NCBI RefSeq assembly: GCF_001194135.2
Contig: NC_068987.1
Coordinates: forward strand, 85,318,059 to 85,380,924
Direction: 5' to 3'
DNA: 62,866 nucleotides
From: Octopus bimaculoides
Taxonomy: Eukaryota
Numbering within the stretch: the stretch's first letter is position 1; each line of letters begins with the position of its first letter. The translations under genes and the position numbers were made by a program. The notes beneath the pieces were generated by a model, which was not told the origin of the DNA, did not search any database, and was given only the letters and a program-made list of their open reading frames with translations. Below, in pieces: positions 52,235 to 62,866 of the stretch.

Positions 52235-52937
52235 ATTCTATCAGTCTCTTTTGCCTAATCACTTTGTTTTGGGGACGTGAACAAACTAGCACTAGTGGTC
52301 AAGCGATGTCAGCAGAATAAACACAAATATCCAAACACACATATATACATATACGACGGGCTTCCCCTCTGTTTCCGTTTCGCAAATTCAATCCCAAGGC
52401 ATTGGTCGGCCCGGAGCTATTGAAGAAGACACTTGCCTAAAGAGCTGTGCAGTGGGTCTGAACCCGGAACCACACGGATGCAAATCGAACATCTTAAGCA
52501 CACAGCCGTGCCTGAGTTTATATATCTTTTACGTTTCATCTTTCACTTGTTTCAATCATTAGACTGCGGCCATGTTGGAGCACTACCTGGAAGAATTTTA
52601 TAGAACGAATCGAACCCAATACTTATTTCTTTAAAGCCTTGCACTTAATCTGTCGCTCTGTTTTGCTGAACTGCTAAGTTACAGAGACGTAAACAAACCA
52701 ACACCAATTGTTAAACAGTGCTGGGGGAACAAACTCACACACATGCACGCACGCAAACACTTTATATACGACGGACTTCTTCCAGATTCCTTTTACCAAT
52801 TCCACTCGCAAGGCTTTGGGCCTCCCGAGGCTATAGAAGAAAACATTGGTCCAAGATGCCACGCTGTGGGACTGAACCCAGAACCAGAACCGTGTGGTCA
52901 GGCGGCAAACTTCTTACCACGCAACCTTGCCTGCGCT
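52235..52937 (-). mobile_element. Two tandem family A SINEs
   Basis: Copies at about 52235-52515 and 52540-52937. Confidence 0.8.
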
Positions 52938-53214
52938 TATATAGTATTCTGTTTTATAAAAACAACAGCTCCATAAACTAACAGAAAACTATTGATAGAA
53001 TCAGAAACTATATTAGTATTAGCAACTGTAGTTACAATCTGAACGAACATTAGCTGAGCAGTATAGCAACAGCAGCAGCAGCAGCAGTAGTAGAAACAGC
53101 ACCATCAGCAGTGGTAGCAGCAAGAAGGCAAGAAGAGAGAATATCTGCTAACATTAGCTGCTGTAGTAAAACCAATAAACAAGAAATGCATTCTTGAAAT
53201 ATTGTTCTGACATA

Positions 53215-53365
53215 GGTTACATATCTATGGATTTCACAGAAAATGCAGTAGTCGTTTCTATCGATTTGGAATATATGGTTTCTAGCTGTTTTTATCGATC
53301 TCCTTGACCTTACTGAGATTTGAACCCGGTATGTTAAGAAACGCCTGCAAGTCATCGTTAAGAGC
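53215..53365 (-). mobile_element. SINE family B, old copy
   Basis: TTTTATCGATCTCC..GAGATTTGAACCCG remnants. Confidence 0.5.
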
Positions 53366-53434
53366 ACTCCATATCTGTCTCTGAAACACCAACAAAGATG
53401 TTTATGGATCTGTGCAAGAAATAGATTAAGAGGC

Positions 53435-54160
53435 CAGGCATGGCTGTGTTGGTTAAGGTGGGAGCTTTGCTAACATAGTTTAAAGTTCAGTCTCATTGTG
53501 TGGCACCTTGAGGAGTGAGTATCTTCAAACATAGGCCCGGATCGAATCAGTGCTTTGTGACTGAATTTGTTAGATGGAAACTATGTGAAAACCTGCTATG
53601 TATATATATATATATNNNNNNNNNNNNNNNNNNNNNNNNNNNNNNNNNNNNNNNNNNNNNNNNNNNNNNNNNNNNNNNNNNNNNNNNNNNNNNNNNNNNN
53701 NNNNNNNNNNNNNNNNNNNNNNNNNNNNNNNNNNNNNNNNNNNNNNNNNNNNNNNNNNNNNNNNNNNNNNNNNNNNNNNNNNNNNNNNNNNNNNNNNNNN
53801 NNNNNNNNNNNNNNNNNNNNNNNNNNNNNNNNNNNNNNNNNNNNNNNNNNNNNNNNNNNNNNNNNNNNNNNNNNNNNNNNNNNNNNNNNNNNNNNNNAAC
53901 CGCTAAGTGACGGGGGCGTAAACACACCAGCATCGGCAGTCAAGCGATGTCGCGGGGACAAACACTGACACACAATTATATACATACATATAGACATACG
54001 ACGGGCTTCTTTCAGTTTCCGTCTACCAAATCCACTCACAAGGCTTTGGTCGGTCCGAGGACATAGTAGAAGACACTTGCCCAAGGTGCAGTGGGACTGA
54101 ACTCGGAATCATGTGGTTGGTGAGAAAGCTACTTACCACACAGCCACACCTGCGCCTATA
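53435..54160. mobile_element. Family A head (+, 53435-53615) and family A copy (-, 53898-54160) facing each other across a gap
   Basis: Both pieces align with the family A consensus seen at 51606. Confidence 0.75.
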
Positions 54161-54770
54161 TATANNNNNNNNNNNNNNNNNNNNNNNNNNNNNNNNNNNN
54201 NNNNNNNNNNNNNNNNNNNNNNNNNNNNNNNNNNNNNNNNNNNNNNNNNNNNNNNNNNNNNNNNNNNNNNNNNNNNNNNNNNNNNNNNNNNNNNNNNNNN
54301 NNNNNNNNNNNNNNNNNNNNNNNNNNNNNNNNNNNNNNNNNNNNNNNNNNNNNNNNNNNNNNNNNNNNNNNNNNNNNNNNNNNNNNNNNNNNNNNNNNNN
54401 NNNNNNNNNNNNNNNNNNNNNNNNNNNNNNNNNNNNNNNNNNNNNNNNNNNNNNNNNNNNNNNNNNNNNNNNNNNNNNNNNNNNNNNNNNNNNNNNNNNN
54501 NNNNNNNNNNNNNNNNNNNNNNNNNNNNNNNNNNNNNNNNNNNNNNNNNNNNNNNNNNNNNNNNNNNNNNNNNNNNNNNNNNNNNNNNNNNNNNNNNNNN
54601 NNNNNNNNNNNNNNNNNNNNNNNNNNNNNNNNNNNNNNNNNNNNNNNNNNNNNNNNNNNNNNNNNNNNNNNNNNNNNNNNNNNNNNNNNNNNNNNNNNNN
54701 NNNNNNNNNNNNNNNNNNNNNNNNNNNNNNNNNNNNNNNNNNNNNNNNNNNNNNNNNNNNNNNNNNNNNN

Positions 54771-54812
<42 letters not shown>

Positions 54813-55009
54813 TTAAAGTTATATTATATAATTACATACTTAAAAATTAATTTTAAAGATACGGTCATTTTTTTTTACGCTACCCACTGATATAACCATC
54901 TAATGATTACATCCTTAATTTATAAATAAATATATATATGTATGTATGTTTATATAGATATGCATGTATATGTGTGTATGTTTTCATTTTTGTGTACCCC
55001 CCGCCTGTC

Positions 55010-55165
55010 ATGGCAATTGGTGTCCCCGTAACATAGCATTTCAGCAAACTATCCAAGTTAAGTATCAGACCTTAATAGTTAGTGTGCAGTCGCTGTGTTC
55101 GACTAAGCCCTTCAAGGCAGTGCCCCAGTATGGTCGCAATCAAATACTGAAACATGTAAAATTTA
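55010..55165 (+). mobile_element. SINE family A, 3' part, diverged
   Basis: GTCCCCGTAAC.TAGC..TTCGACTAAG..GCAGTGCCCCAGTATGGTCGCA. Confidence 0.65.
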
Positions 55166-56099
55166 AAATATAAATCAATGAATAAACAAACGATTCAAAG
55201 AGAAAGCTTCTATTCGTTCCTTTGACTTGCTAGAAACAACAACCAAATCTCCAGCAAATCTAAGCTCACTTTTAAAAAGAGAGTAACGTTTCTCTGAAGA
55301 CGCCAGCTAGAATGTTTTGGTGAAAAGGTTTGATGGAGAAGAGTTTTCTTGAACTAAGTTACTAATGACTGAAATATAGAAGATATACCAATTATCTTTA
55401 ATGATAAAACCACCAAGCTCAAACATTTTCGGAGCGTGAGGAAATCAATTAAGTCCAAACAAATGAAATACATCATCGAATCTTATATGATTGATCCCGC
55501 ATAATTGGAAGGCTGGCTATTCGTATCTATCAGCGTTTGAAATCAGAATACGCGTGGAAGGAAATAATGTCTATAAGGTGCCAAGTACTTTGATTATTTT
55601 CTGTTCTTGGGCATCTGTAGATATAAGTGATTGAATCGCACTGCTAACACCGTAGGACACAGGGTTGACTTATATAGCCTTTGATATAGTTAGTTGTAGA
55701 TTATGGTTGCATAACGAAATACGATATATACCCATCATCAATTAATATGTACGTACCAGTTGCCAGGAATGCGTTTATCATGTAAACTGGTATATCCAAT
55801 TATGTTGCAGTGCATTATTTGGGGACTATTTAAGCAACGTGTTCGTGGATGGTTAATGGGTTGGATGTGGTACTGAGAAGGAGCAATAATTCCTGAAATA
55901 TGCATATACACCCACTACCAACATTTTTATCTTTTACCGCATTGTTTACATAGACGTATTTGTATACGAATCGTCGTAACTTTCAATGCTGGCTCTAATT
56001 TTTACAGAAAATCTATAGAGATAACTTTAAAAATCAACAGATTGTATATCAAGAGATCCTTGATATACAAGGATCTCTATTCGGGTAGCGTAAGATCCA

Positions 56100-56420
56100 C
56101 GATTTATAACGGGTGCAATTACGTACGTGGGTATGGGTCCCAATTCCTTCCATAGCGGCTGGTCACAAGTCTGTATTCCGTCTCCGAAATACAGGCCAAG
56201 GGAATTTACGCATTGGCAGGTCCCACATTGAGATCCCACATTTGAGATCTAATTCCATGGTCATAGAGCATCATCTTCCCTCACACAAATGCCTAATCTC
56301 AGTTTGCATCATGTCTTTCTTCCCATTGCTGGAAAAGAATGGTTCCAAGTCTCTGTTTTTCTTAACGCATGGTTTCCGAAGATCTCACGCTGTTTTCTGC
56401 CTGCTCTACTGCTAATATTT
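56100..56420 (-). pseudogene. Possible decayed L1/Tx1-type C-terminal Cys-rich region
   Basis: ..CGTCQCVNSLGLYFGDGIQTCDQPLWKEL loosely resembles the C-x2-C..H.F..C....W knuckle; many stops in neighbouring sequence. Weak. Confidence 0.2.
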
Positions 56421-56424
56421 CTAA

Positions 56425-56605
56425 TTATAATACAAGGTCAGCAATTTTAGAGGGAGGCATAGGTCGTTTACATCGATCTTAGAGTTTGACCCCGAAAGGA
56501 ATAAAAGGCAAAGTTAACGTCGGTGGAATTTGAGCTCCAAACGTAAGAAATGCTGCTAAGCATTTTCTTCGACACGTTAAAGATTCTGCCAGCCCACCGC
56601 CTTAT
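56425..56605 (-). mobile_element. SINE family B
   Basis: GACCCCGAAAGGAATAAAAGGCAAAG..GGAATTTGAGCTC..CTGCCAGCCCACCGCCTT. Confidence 0.8.
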
Positions 56606-57632
56606 AGATGTCTCAAATATAACCACTTTTTGTGTTGTTGACCCACAATAGACGGAAAGCAAATTTAATTCCAGCCTGACAAGAAATCAGAATTTATTAA
56701 TTTCACTACTGGCAAAATATTTTGGCAAGCACTTTTCAACTACGGCTATATTTTACAGCTCGACGAAAAAAAAAAAAAAGAAAATTAAATAAATAAATAA
56801 GAAAAAGAAAATAATGATTTTATTTTTATTGACCGTTAAGGGAATTTAAACCAATCAAATATAATTGAGAATTTGTTATTAGATTGGAGATGAACAACAA
56901 GGAAAGACTTTGATGTTGTTAACCATTAAAAATAAATAATGAATAATATAATAGTACTTGTTTTAAACAGTTCAAATGATCGCAAAACAAATTCAAGCGT
57001 TTATAATATTCATAGAAAAGCGTCAGCATAAAGTTAGCATTTTCGGTATTATATTTTATTTTCAAAAGACTGCTAAACGTTTCTTATTGAAGTCTAATCA
57101 AATAGTCACATTAAAATGTCGTTATAGAGAATACAAGCTTTCATTGACACCGACTTCGAAATTAATCGCGATTTCAAGGTTAGAGCAAGAACATTTGGCA
57201 CGAAATGGGAGAAAATAAAATTAAAATAAAAAAGCAATTCAAATTTGGCGTGAAAATTAGTGTTTTTCACGTTTTAGCTACTGGAAGAAATGACGAAATT
57301 TTTGTTCAATTCTGAGTGTCTGTTTTATGCATATCTGTAGCATCTAAGGGTATTTTCATGAACTTTTTCAGCTCTATTAACTTAATTAAATACTTCATTT
57401 GTTTTTGTTACGATTGTTGTTTAGTACCAGGTCAGCCCTCCATCCCAGCCACGGCTAGCGAGAACGCTACATGCATCTCGGCCTCATTGGACCTTCTCAA
57501 TTTTATGTGCTCATAGACAGTAACATGTATATATGACGTTTGTAGACTACAATATTTAGGAAACGTAGAATAAAGTAACCACTGATACTGTGAAAAGCTA
57601 TGCAGCTGAGTAAATAAACATTATACGCAATA

Positions 57633-57832
57633 GAAATATTAAATTGAAATAGAATAGATATCTATATATCATACTTAATGTAAATCCATCTCTTATTGAC
57701 GTACTTTCTTTAAAAATTGTATATATATATAGAAATATAAAATTGAAATATTAAATTGAAATAGAATAGATATCTATATATCATACTTAATGTAATAACA
57801 TCTCTTATTGACGTACTTTCTTTAAAAATTGT

Positions 57833-57835
<3 letters not shown>
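57633..57835. repeat. Tandem duplication, 112-bp period
   Basis: GAAATATTAAATTGAAATAGAATAGATATC..TCTCTTATTGACGTACTTTCTT.AAAAATTGTATA at 57633 and 57745. Confidence 0.9.
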
Positions 57836-57863
<28 letters not shown>

Positions 57864-57864
57864 C

Positions 57865-58034
57865 ATGGCTGTGTGGTAAGTAGCTTGCTTTCCAACCGCA
57901 TAGTTCCGGGTTCAGTCCCACTACCTGGAAACTTGGGCAAGTGTCTTCTATTCTAGCCTTGGGCCGACCAAATCCTTGTGAGTGGATTTGGTAGACAGAA
58001 ACTGAAAGAAGCCCGTCGAGTGTGTGTGTGTGTG
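57865..58034 (+). mobile_element. SINE family A, 5' half, running into (TG)n and a gap
   Basis: TGGCTGTGTGGTAAGTAGCTTGC..AAAGAAGCCCGTCG. Confidence 0.85.
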
Positions 58035-58304
58035 NNNNNNNNNNNNNNNNNNNNNNNNNNNNNNNNNNNNNNNNNNNNNNNNNNNNNNNNNNNNNNNNNN
58101 NNNNNNNNNNNNNNNNNNNNNNNNNNNNNNNNNNNNNNNNNNNNNNNNNNNNNNNNNNNNNNNNNNNNNNNNNNNNNNNNNNNNNNNNNNNNNNNNNNNN
58201 NNNNNNNNNNNNNNNNNNNNNNNNNNNNNNNNNNNNNNNNNNNNNNNNNNNNNNNNNNNNNNNNNNNNNNNNNNNNNNNNNNNNNNNNNNNNNNNNNNNN
58301 NNNN

Positions 58305-58384
58305 TGTAGCTGTGTGTCTGTGTAGCTGTGTGTCTGTGTAGCTGTGTGTCTGTGTAGCTGTGTGTCTGTGTAGCTGTGTGTCTG
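58305..58384. repeat. 16-bp minisatellite (TGTAGCTGTGTGTCTG) x5, continuing into the gap
   Basis: Five perfect units are read directly. Confidence 0.9.
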
Positions 58385-60034
58385 TGTGTGTGAGTAAAAT
58401 TGTCCCAGCTGCAATTAGCGAGAACGCCAGATCGTAAGCAACAAATCTCGTCGTATGCTGTTACTGGCTTTGCGTAGACGCCATTGAGAAGGTTCAACGA
58501 AGCCGAAAGGTATCTGGCGTTTTTAAACATAGCACGTCTATAACAGATGTTATCTCTGGACGAATACCGCAGTAAATTGCCTTTTAATGATGTATTTACG
58601 TTAAGTATGATATACAGATGTCTTTCTTTATCTCACTCACTCTGCCTATGTTTTTTTCTCTCTCTACACACACACATATATATACACATGCAATAATATG
58701 TATCAACACACACACATATAAACATATGTACACACACATACACACATAGACACACATATATATACACATTCACTCATACACAAATACCAACACACACTTG
58801 CTTGTAATGATAGATTTTGGAAAGGTCCTATTATAAAATCTTATAAACGCCCTCACCGAATTTTGTTTCTTACTTTATGTTATGTTTAATCTACCAGTAA
58901 TTTTTCGTTTTAAGCACATCAAAAGCCTTTATAACATCAATTGATTTACATTTAATAGCTGATTTCTCCTCTGTGCTATGTTGATAACAATCTAATCTAA
59001 ACCCATACAAGAGGTCAATGGGAATTATTTGGCGATAAGTTTTCGGGTAAAGAAAAAAAATATGGCTAACAATGAGAAACAAAAACGAGTAAGTGCGTTT
59101 AAAGTTTTAATATAACTTTTCCTAACTACAAAAGATACTCGTTTCTAGGTTTCAGATTAAGTGTTGCAAAAGAAATTAAAAGACGTAATGCGTATGTATG
59201 TATGTATGTATGTATGTATGTATGTATGTATGTATGTATGTATGTATGTACATATGTATGTATGTGTAAATAATTAGATAATGGAGAAAGCCACAGATTA
59301 ACAAACATATCGATTGAACCACATTTATAGTTTATTTATATGTATGTACGTATATACACACACACACACACACACGTACATATATATATGTATNNNNNNN
59401 NNNNNNNNNNNNNNNNNNNNNNNNNNNNNNNNNNNNNNNNNNNNNNNNNNNNNNNNNNNNNNNNNNNNNNNNNNNNNNNNNNNNNNNNNNNNNNNNNNNN
59501 NNNNNNNNNNNNNNNNNNNNNNNNNNNNNNNNNNNNNNNNNNNNNNNNNNNNNNNNNNNNNNNNNNNNNNNNNNNNNNNNNNNNNNNNNNNNNNNNNNNN
59601 NNNNNNNNNNNNNNNNNNNNNNNNNNNNNNNNNNNNNNNNNNNNNNNNNNNNNNNNNNNNNNNNNNNNNNNNNNNNNNNNNNNNNNNNNNNNNNNNNNNN
59701 NNNNNNNNNNNNNNNNNNNNNNNNNNNNNNNNNNNNNNNNNNNNNNNNNNNNNNNNNNNNNNNNNNNNNNNNNNNNNNNNNNNNNNNNNNNNNNNNNNNN
59801 NNNNNNNNNNNNNNNNNNNNNNNNNNNNNNNNNNNNNNNNNNNNNNNNNNNNNNNNNNNNNNNNNNNNNNNNNNNNNNNNNNNNNNNNNNNNNNNNNNNN
59901 NNNNNNNNNNNNNNNNNNNNNNNNNNNNNNNNNNNNNNNNNNNNNNNNNNNNNNNNNNNNNNNNNNNNNNNNNNNNNNNNNNNNNNNNNNNNNNNNNNNN
60001 NNNNNNNNNNNNNNNNNNNNNNNNNNNNNNNNNA

Positions 60035-60476
60035 GAGACCGCTAGAATTAATACTAGGCTTAAGAAAAAATAAGTCCTGCAGTCGATTTCTTCGATTAAA
60101 ACACATCACTGTGGTGCCCCTGCATGGCCGCAGTCAAATGACTTAAACATATAATATATATATATGTATCTTCTACATTTTATATTTATTTGACTACGAC
60201 CATGCTTAGACAGCGGCTTGAAGAAATGTTTATCGAATTAATTAGCCACAGGACATATTTTTTGTTAAGGCTGGAATTGAATCTATCGGTCTCTTTTGCC
60301 AAACCGCTCAGTTACGAATAGAAACACACCAACACTATTGAAACTGTGGTGGGGGACAAACAAACACACACACAGACACACACAGACACACAAACACACA
60401 CACACACACACACACATACACACACACGCACACACACACACAGACACACACACACAGACACACACAGACACACAAA

Positions 60477-60517
<41 letters not shown>

Positions 60518-60690
60518 GCACATACGACTGGGCTCTTTCAGTTCTACCTAGCAAATCTACTCACAACGATTTGGTTGGCCCGTGGCTATATAGTAGAAGA
60601 TACCTGTTAGTGGTGTCACGTAATGGGACTGAAACCAGAACCATGTTGCTGGCAAGCAAACTTCTCACCACGGAACCATACCTGCGACTA
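60035..60690. mobile_element. Family A 3' fragment (+, 60035-60145) and full family A copy (-, 60170-60690) tail to tail
   Basis: Both align with family A; long internal (CA)n in the second. Confidence 0.8.
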
Positions 60691-61015
60691 CACACACACA
60701 CACACACACTTGCATGTATGTATATATGTTTTGTATGTAGCATACAGTATTATTAATAAGGGATTACCTATCCAGGCAAAATGCTTCTTAAAGTATCTGC
60801 TAATAGAACTATAATAGGCTAACAAAACGCTTTCTAACCGCAGGTAATCCTAAGGCGACATTCGCTGTTGAAGTCGATCACCTGCCAACTTTGTTAATCC
60901 ACCATTACATTAGCAAGTTAACCCAATATGTATTCACTGAGTGACATACAGCAAACGGCATAAATAGTGGGTTATACACATTTATCTGGGCATTCTAGAG
61001 ACCAGCATTAATATT

Positions 61016-61108
<93 letters not shown>

Positions 61109-62279
61109 GTAGATATAGACATATACAGACATATATATAGACATATATATGGATTCATTCTTATTATCGATGCAATAGCTATAAAGAAACAAAGTAGACT
61201 GGGAACTATAAATATTAGTAAAGAATGAAATTTTGGGAATTTTTAAAGCAGCAAATTTCTGATTGCTCTTCCTGAAAACTATCAGCTATTGTTGGTTTCC
61301 AGATAGAAAAGCTTGGACAGGAAACATCTGCTGGTGCAGGTATAAGAGGAAACGATTAACTTTATGACATTTCCTTTTCGTTTCAGATTTTGTTTTCACC
61401 CACAGAGATCGATAAACTAAAAGGCTAGGGTTTAGTTTTCAAATATCTGAGCCTGAAACTTTGTCAGAAATCATTGTTATAGTTTTTTATAGATTAAGAT
61501 TATTACTGATAAGAACTTCGGTAGAGTACTGAACGAAATAGGCTTCGGTATTTCCTTATTTCCTTTTACTCCCTAAGTTCAAAATATACAGAGCTGAAAT
61601 TTAGCACTGTCTGCGCAGGATCAAATAATTACTAGTCATATACACGAATGAGCGAGAGAGAGCGCTTTTGCACTTCATAAAGAAACTGAGTTTTTAGCGC
61701 CTTGTTTGCATGAAGTTAAATACCGTTTTCATAAGCATGAACTTCGAATTCCGTTCTGCTTTGGAGAGAAAAATATGTGAACTTCAAAAGTTTGATTTTA
61801 TATACTTGTTTGAAAATTTTTTTCTAAAAATATAAAAAAATAATATTTTTAATATTACTCACACAACAACGCAATTTTATGAACACAGTTCTTAGGGTAA
61901 CACTCATGCATTAGATTTAATATGTGTAACATATACTCTCGAGGGCCAGGTATAAAATATGCGCACTTGAAACAGGTACATTTGCATGTATCGCTCATAT
62001 GATATTTTTCGTTAGAATGATAAGTGTTTCTTGATGAGTTTCACAAAATATTTCAAAATATATTCCAAAAAGAGATAACTTAAGAAAAAAATTGGTCCAG
62101 ATTAATTGCAGAAAGAGCGGAGAAGTGAGACTTTCAGTTAAGTAATGAAAAACTCTACATTTACATATCAAAGTACCGCTCTTCAGTCTATCAATAAAAA
62201 TTTGCCCATTCATACATGAAAAGCGATGGGGAGCATATACCAAAGGAGAGAGAGAGAGAGAGGGAGACACACACACACA

Positions 62280-62360
62280 CGACGGGCTTCACACAGTTTC
62301 TGTCTAACAAATTGACTCTTCAGGTATTAGCCGACTCGGAGTTATAGTAGACGAGACCAA
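62280..62360 (-). mobile_element. SINE family A fragment
   Basis: CGACGGGCTTC..CAGTTTCTGTCTA.CAAAT..AGCCGACTCGGAG.TATAGTAGA. Confidence 0.6.
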
Positions 62361-62866
62361 AGATTATACACAATGGTACTGAATAGCTATTATATAACTA
62401 TATTTTTGATATGTGTGCCATTGTATTTGCCTCCACCATTTCTTTTGTTTTCTTCCACTTTGTTTCACCGAATGCTGTGTGTTCAGCATCTCACGCTTCA
62501 TAGAACTACCAAATATCTCATAGCAAAACAACTCAGCATAATGAATTTCTGAAGACAATTCCAGAAAAAAAAATTCAACAAAATGGCGACGAATTTACTA
62601 TCACGCGATGCTAATTAAAATAATGGCTGAGGATGAGGGCGTAGCGTGAAACAATGTTACCTACATCAGCAGACAGAAGCAGTAATAGCTATATAGTAGT
62701 TCAATTGAAGGTTATGGAAGTTTGGGTTGCTTGTAATCATTGGTAAAAATTGATGAAGAAGAGAAAGAAAAGGAAGAGTTAATACTGAACGTGTGATTGA
62801 CTCGCCGGAACGCTATTCACAGTGACGCCGTTGCTCACAAAGGCTATATGTATATATATATATATA

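Larger units (their letters stand above)
57455..58530. repeat. Inverted pair of an unclassified repeat (57455-57545 vs 58455-58530)
   Basis: AACGC.A.AT...TCGGC.TC.TTG.ACCTTCTCAAT..CAGTAACA..TA.GACG on opposite strands; a local inverted repeat AACGCCAGAT/ATCTGGCGTT lies inside 58420-58525. Confidence 0.55.

Noticed and set aside
62543-62565. CTGAAGACAATTCCAGAAA; similar partial cores at about 17474, 38494 and 41047
   Set aside because: Stem II cannot pair or a core base is wrong; chance matches.

Overview
AT-rich, microsatellite-dense eukaryotic DNA with many N gaps, mostly flanked by simple repeats. The repeat families and composition look like a coleoid cephalopod (Octopus); this is my recognition and cannot be proven from the window. 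One host gene is supported: a large minus-strand coding exon (about 29253->26894) of a heparan-sulfate glucosamine 3-O-sulfotransferase of the HS3ST2/3/4/6 (Drosophila Hs3st-B) type. It encodes a signal anchor, an about 700-aa homopolymer-rich stem and the first 54 aa of the catalytic domain, and ends at the conserved phase-2 donor after GLEWYR. The remaining catalytic exon is not visible, so 1-26893 is probably intron and the sequence right of about 33.5 kb is probably upstream/intergenic. The rest is mobile DNA: several tRNA-derived SINE families (my labels A-E), relics of Penelope-like, R4/Dong, Hero-like and CR1/L2-group retroelements, mariner and hAT derivatives. The most interesting unexplained layer is about ten minimal type I hammerhead-ribozyme (HHR) motifs. 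One has a complete core and a built-in antisense hairpin in the HS3ST intron (16556-16627), and one sits behind a tRNA/Pol III SINE head (41951-42185). There is also evidence for site-specific SINE-in-SINE dimers and (TAA)n-targeted retroelements using SINE tails. All motif calls and coordinates were made by eye; no searches or folding programs were run.
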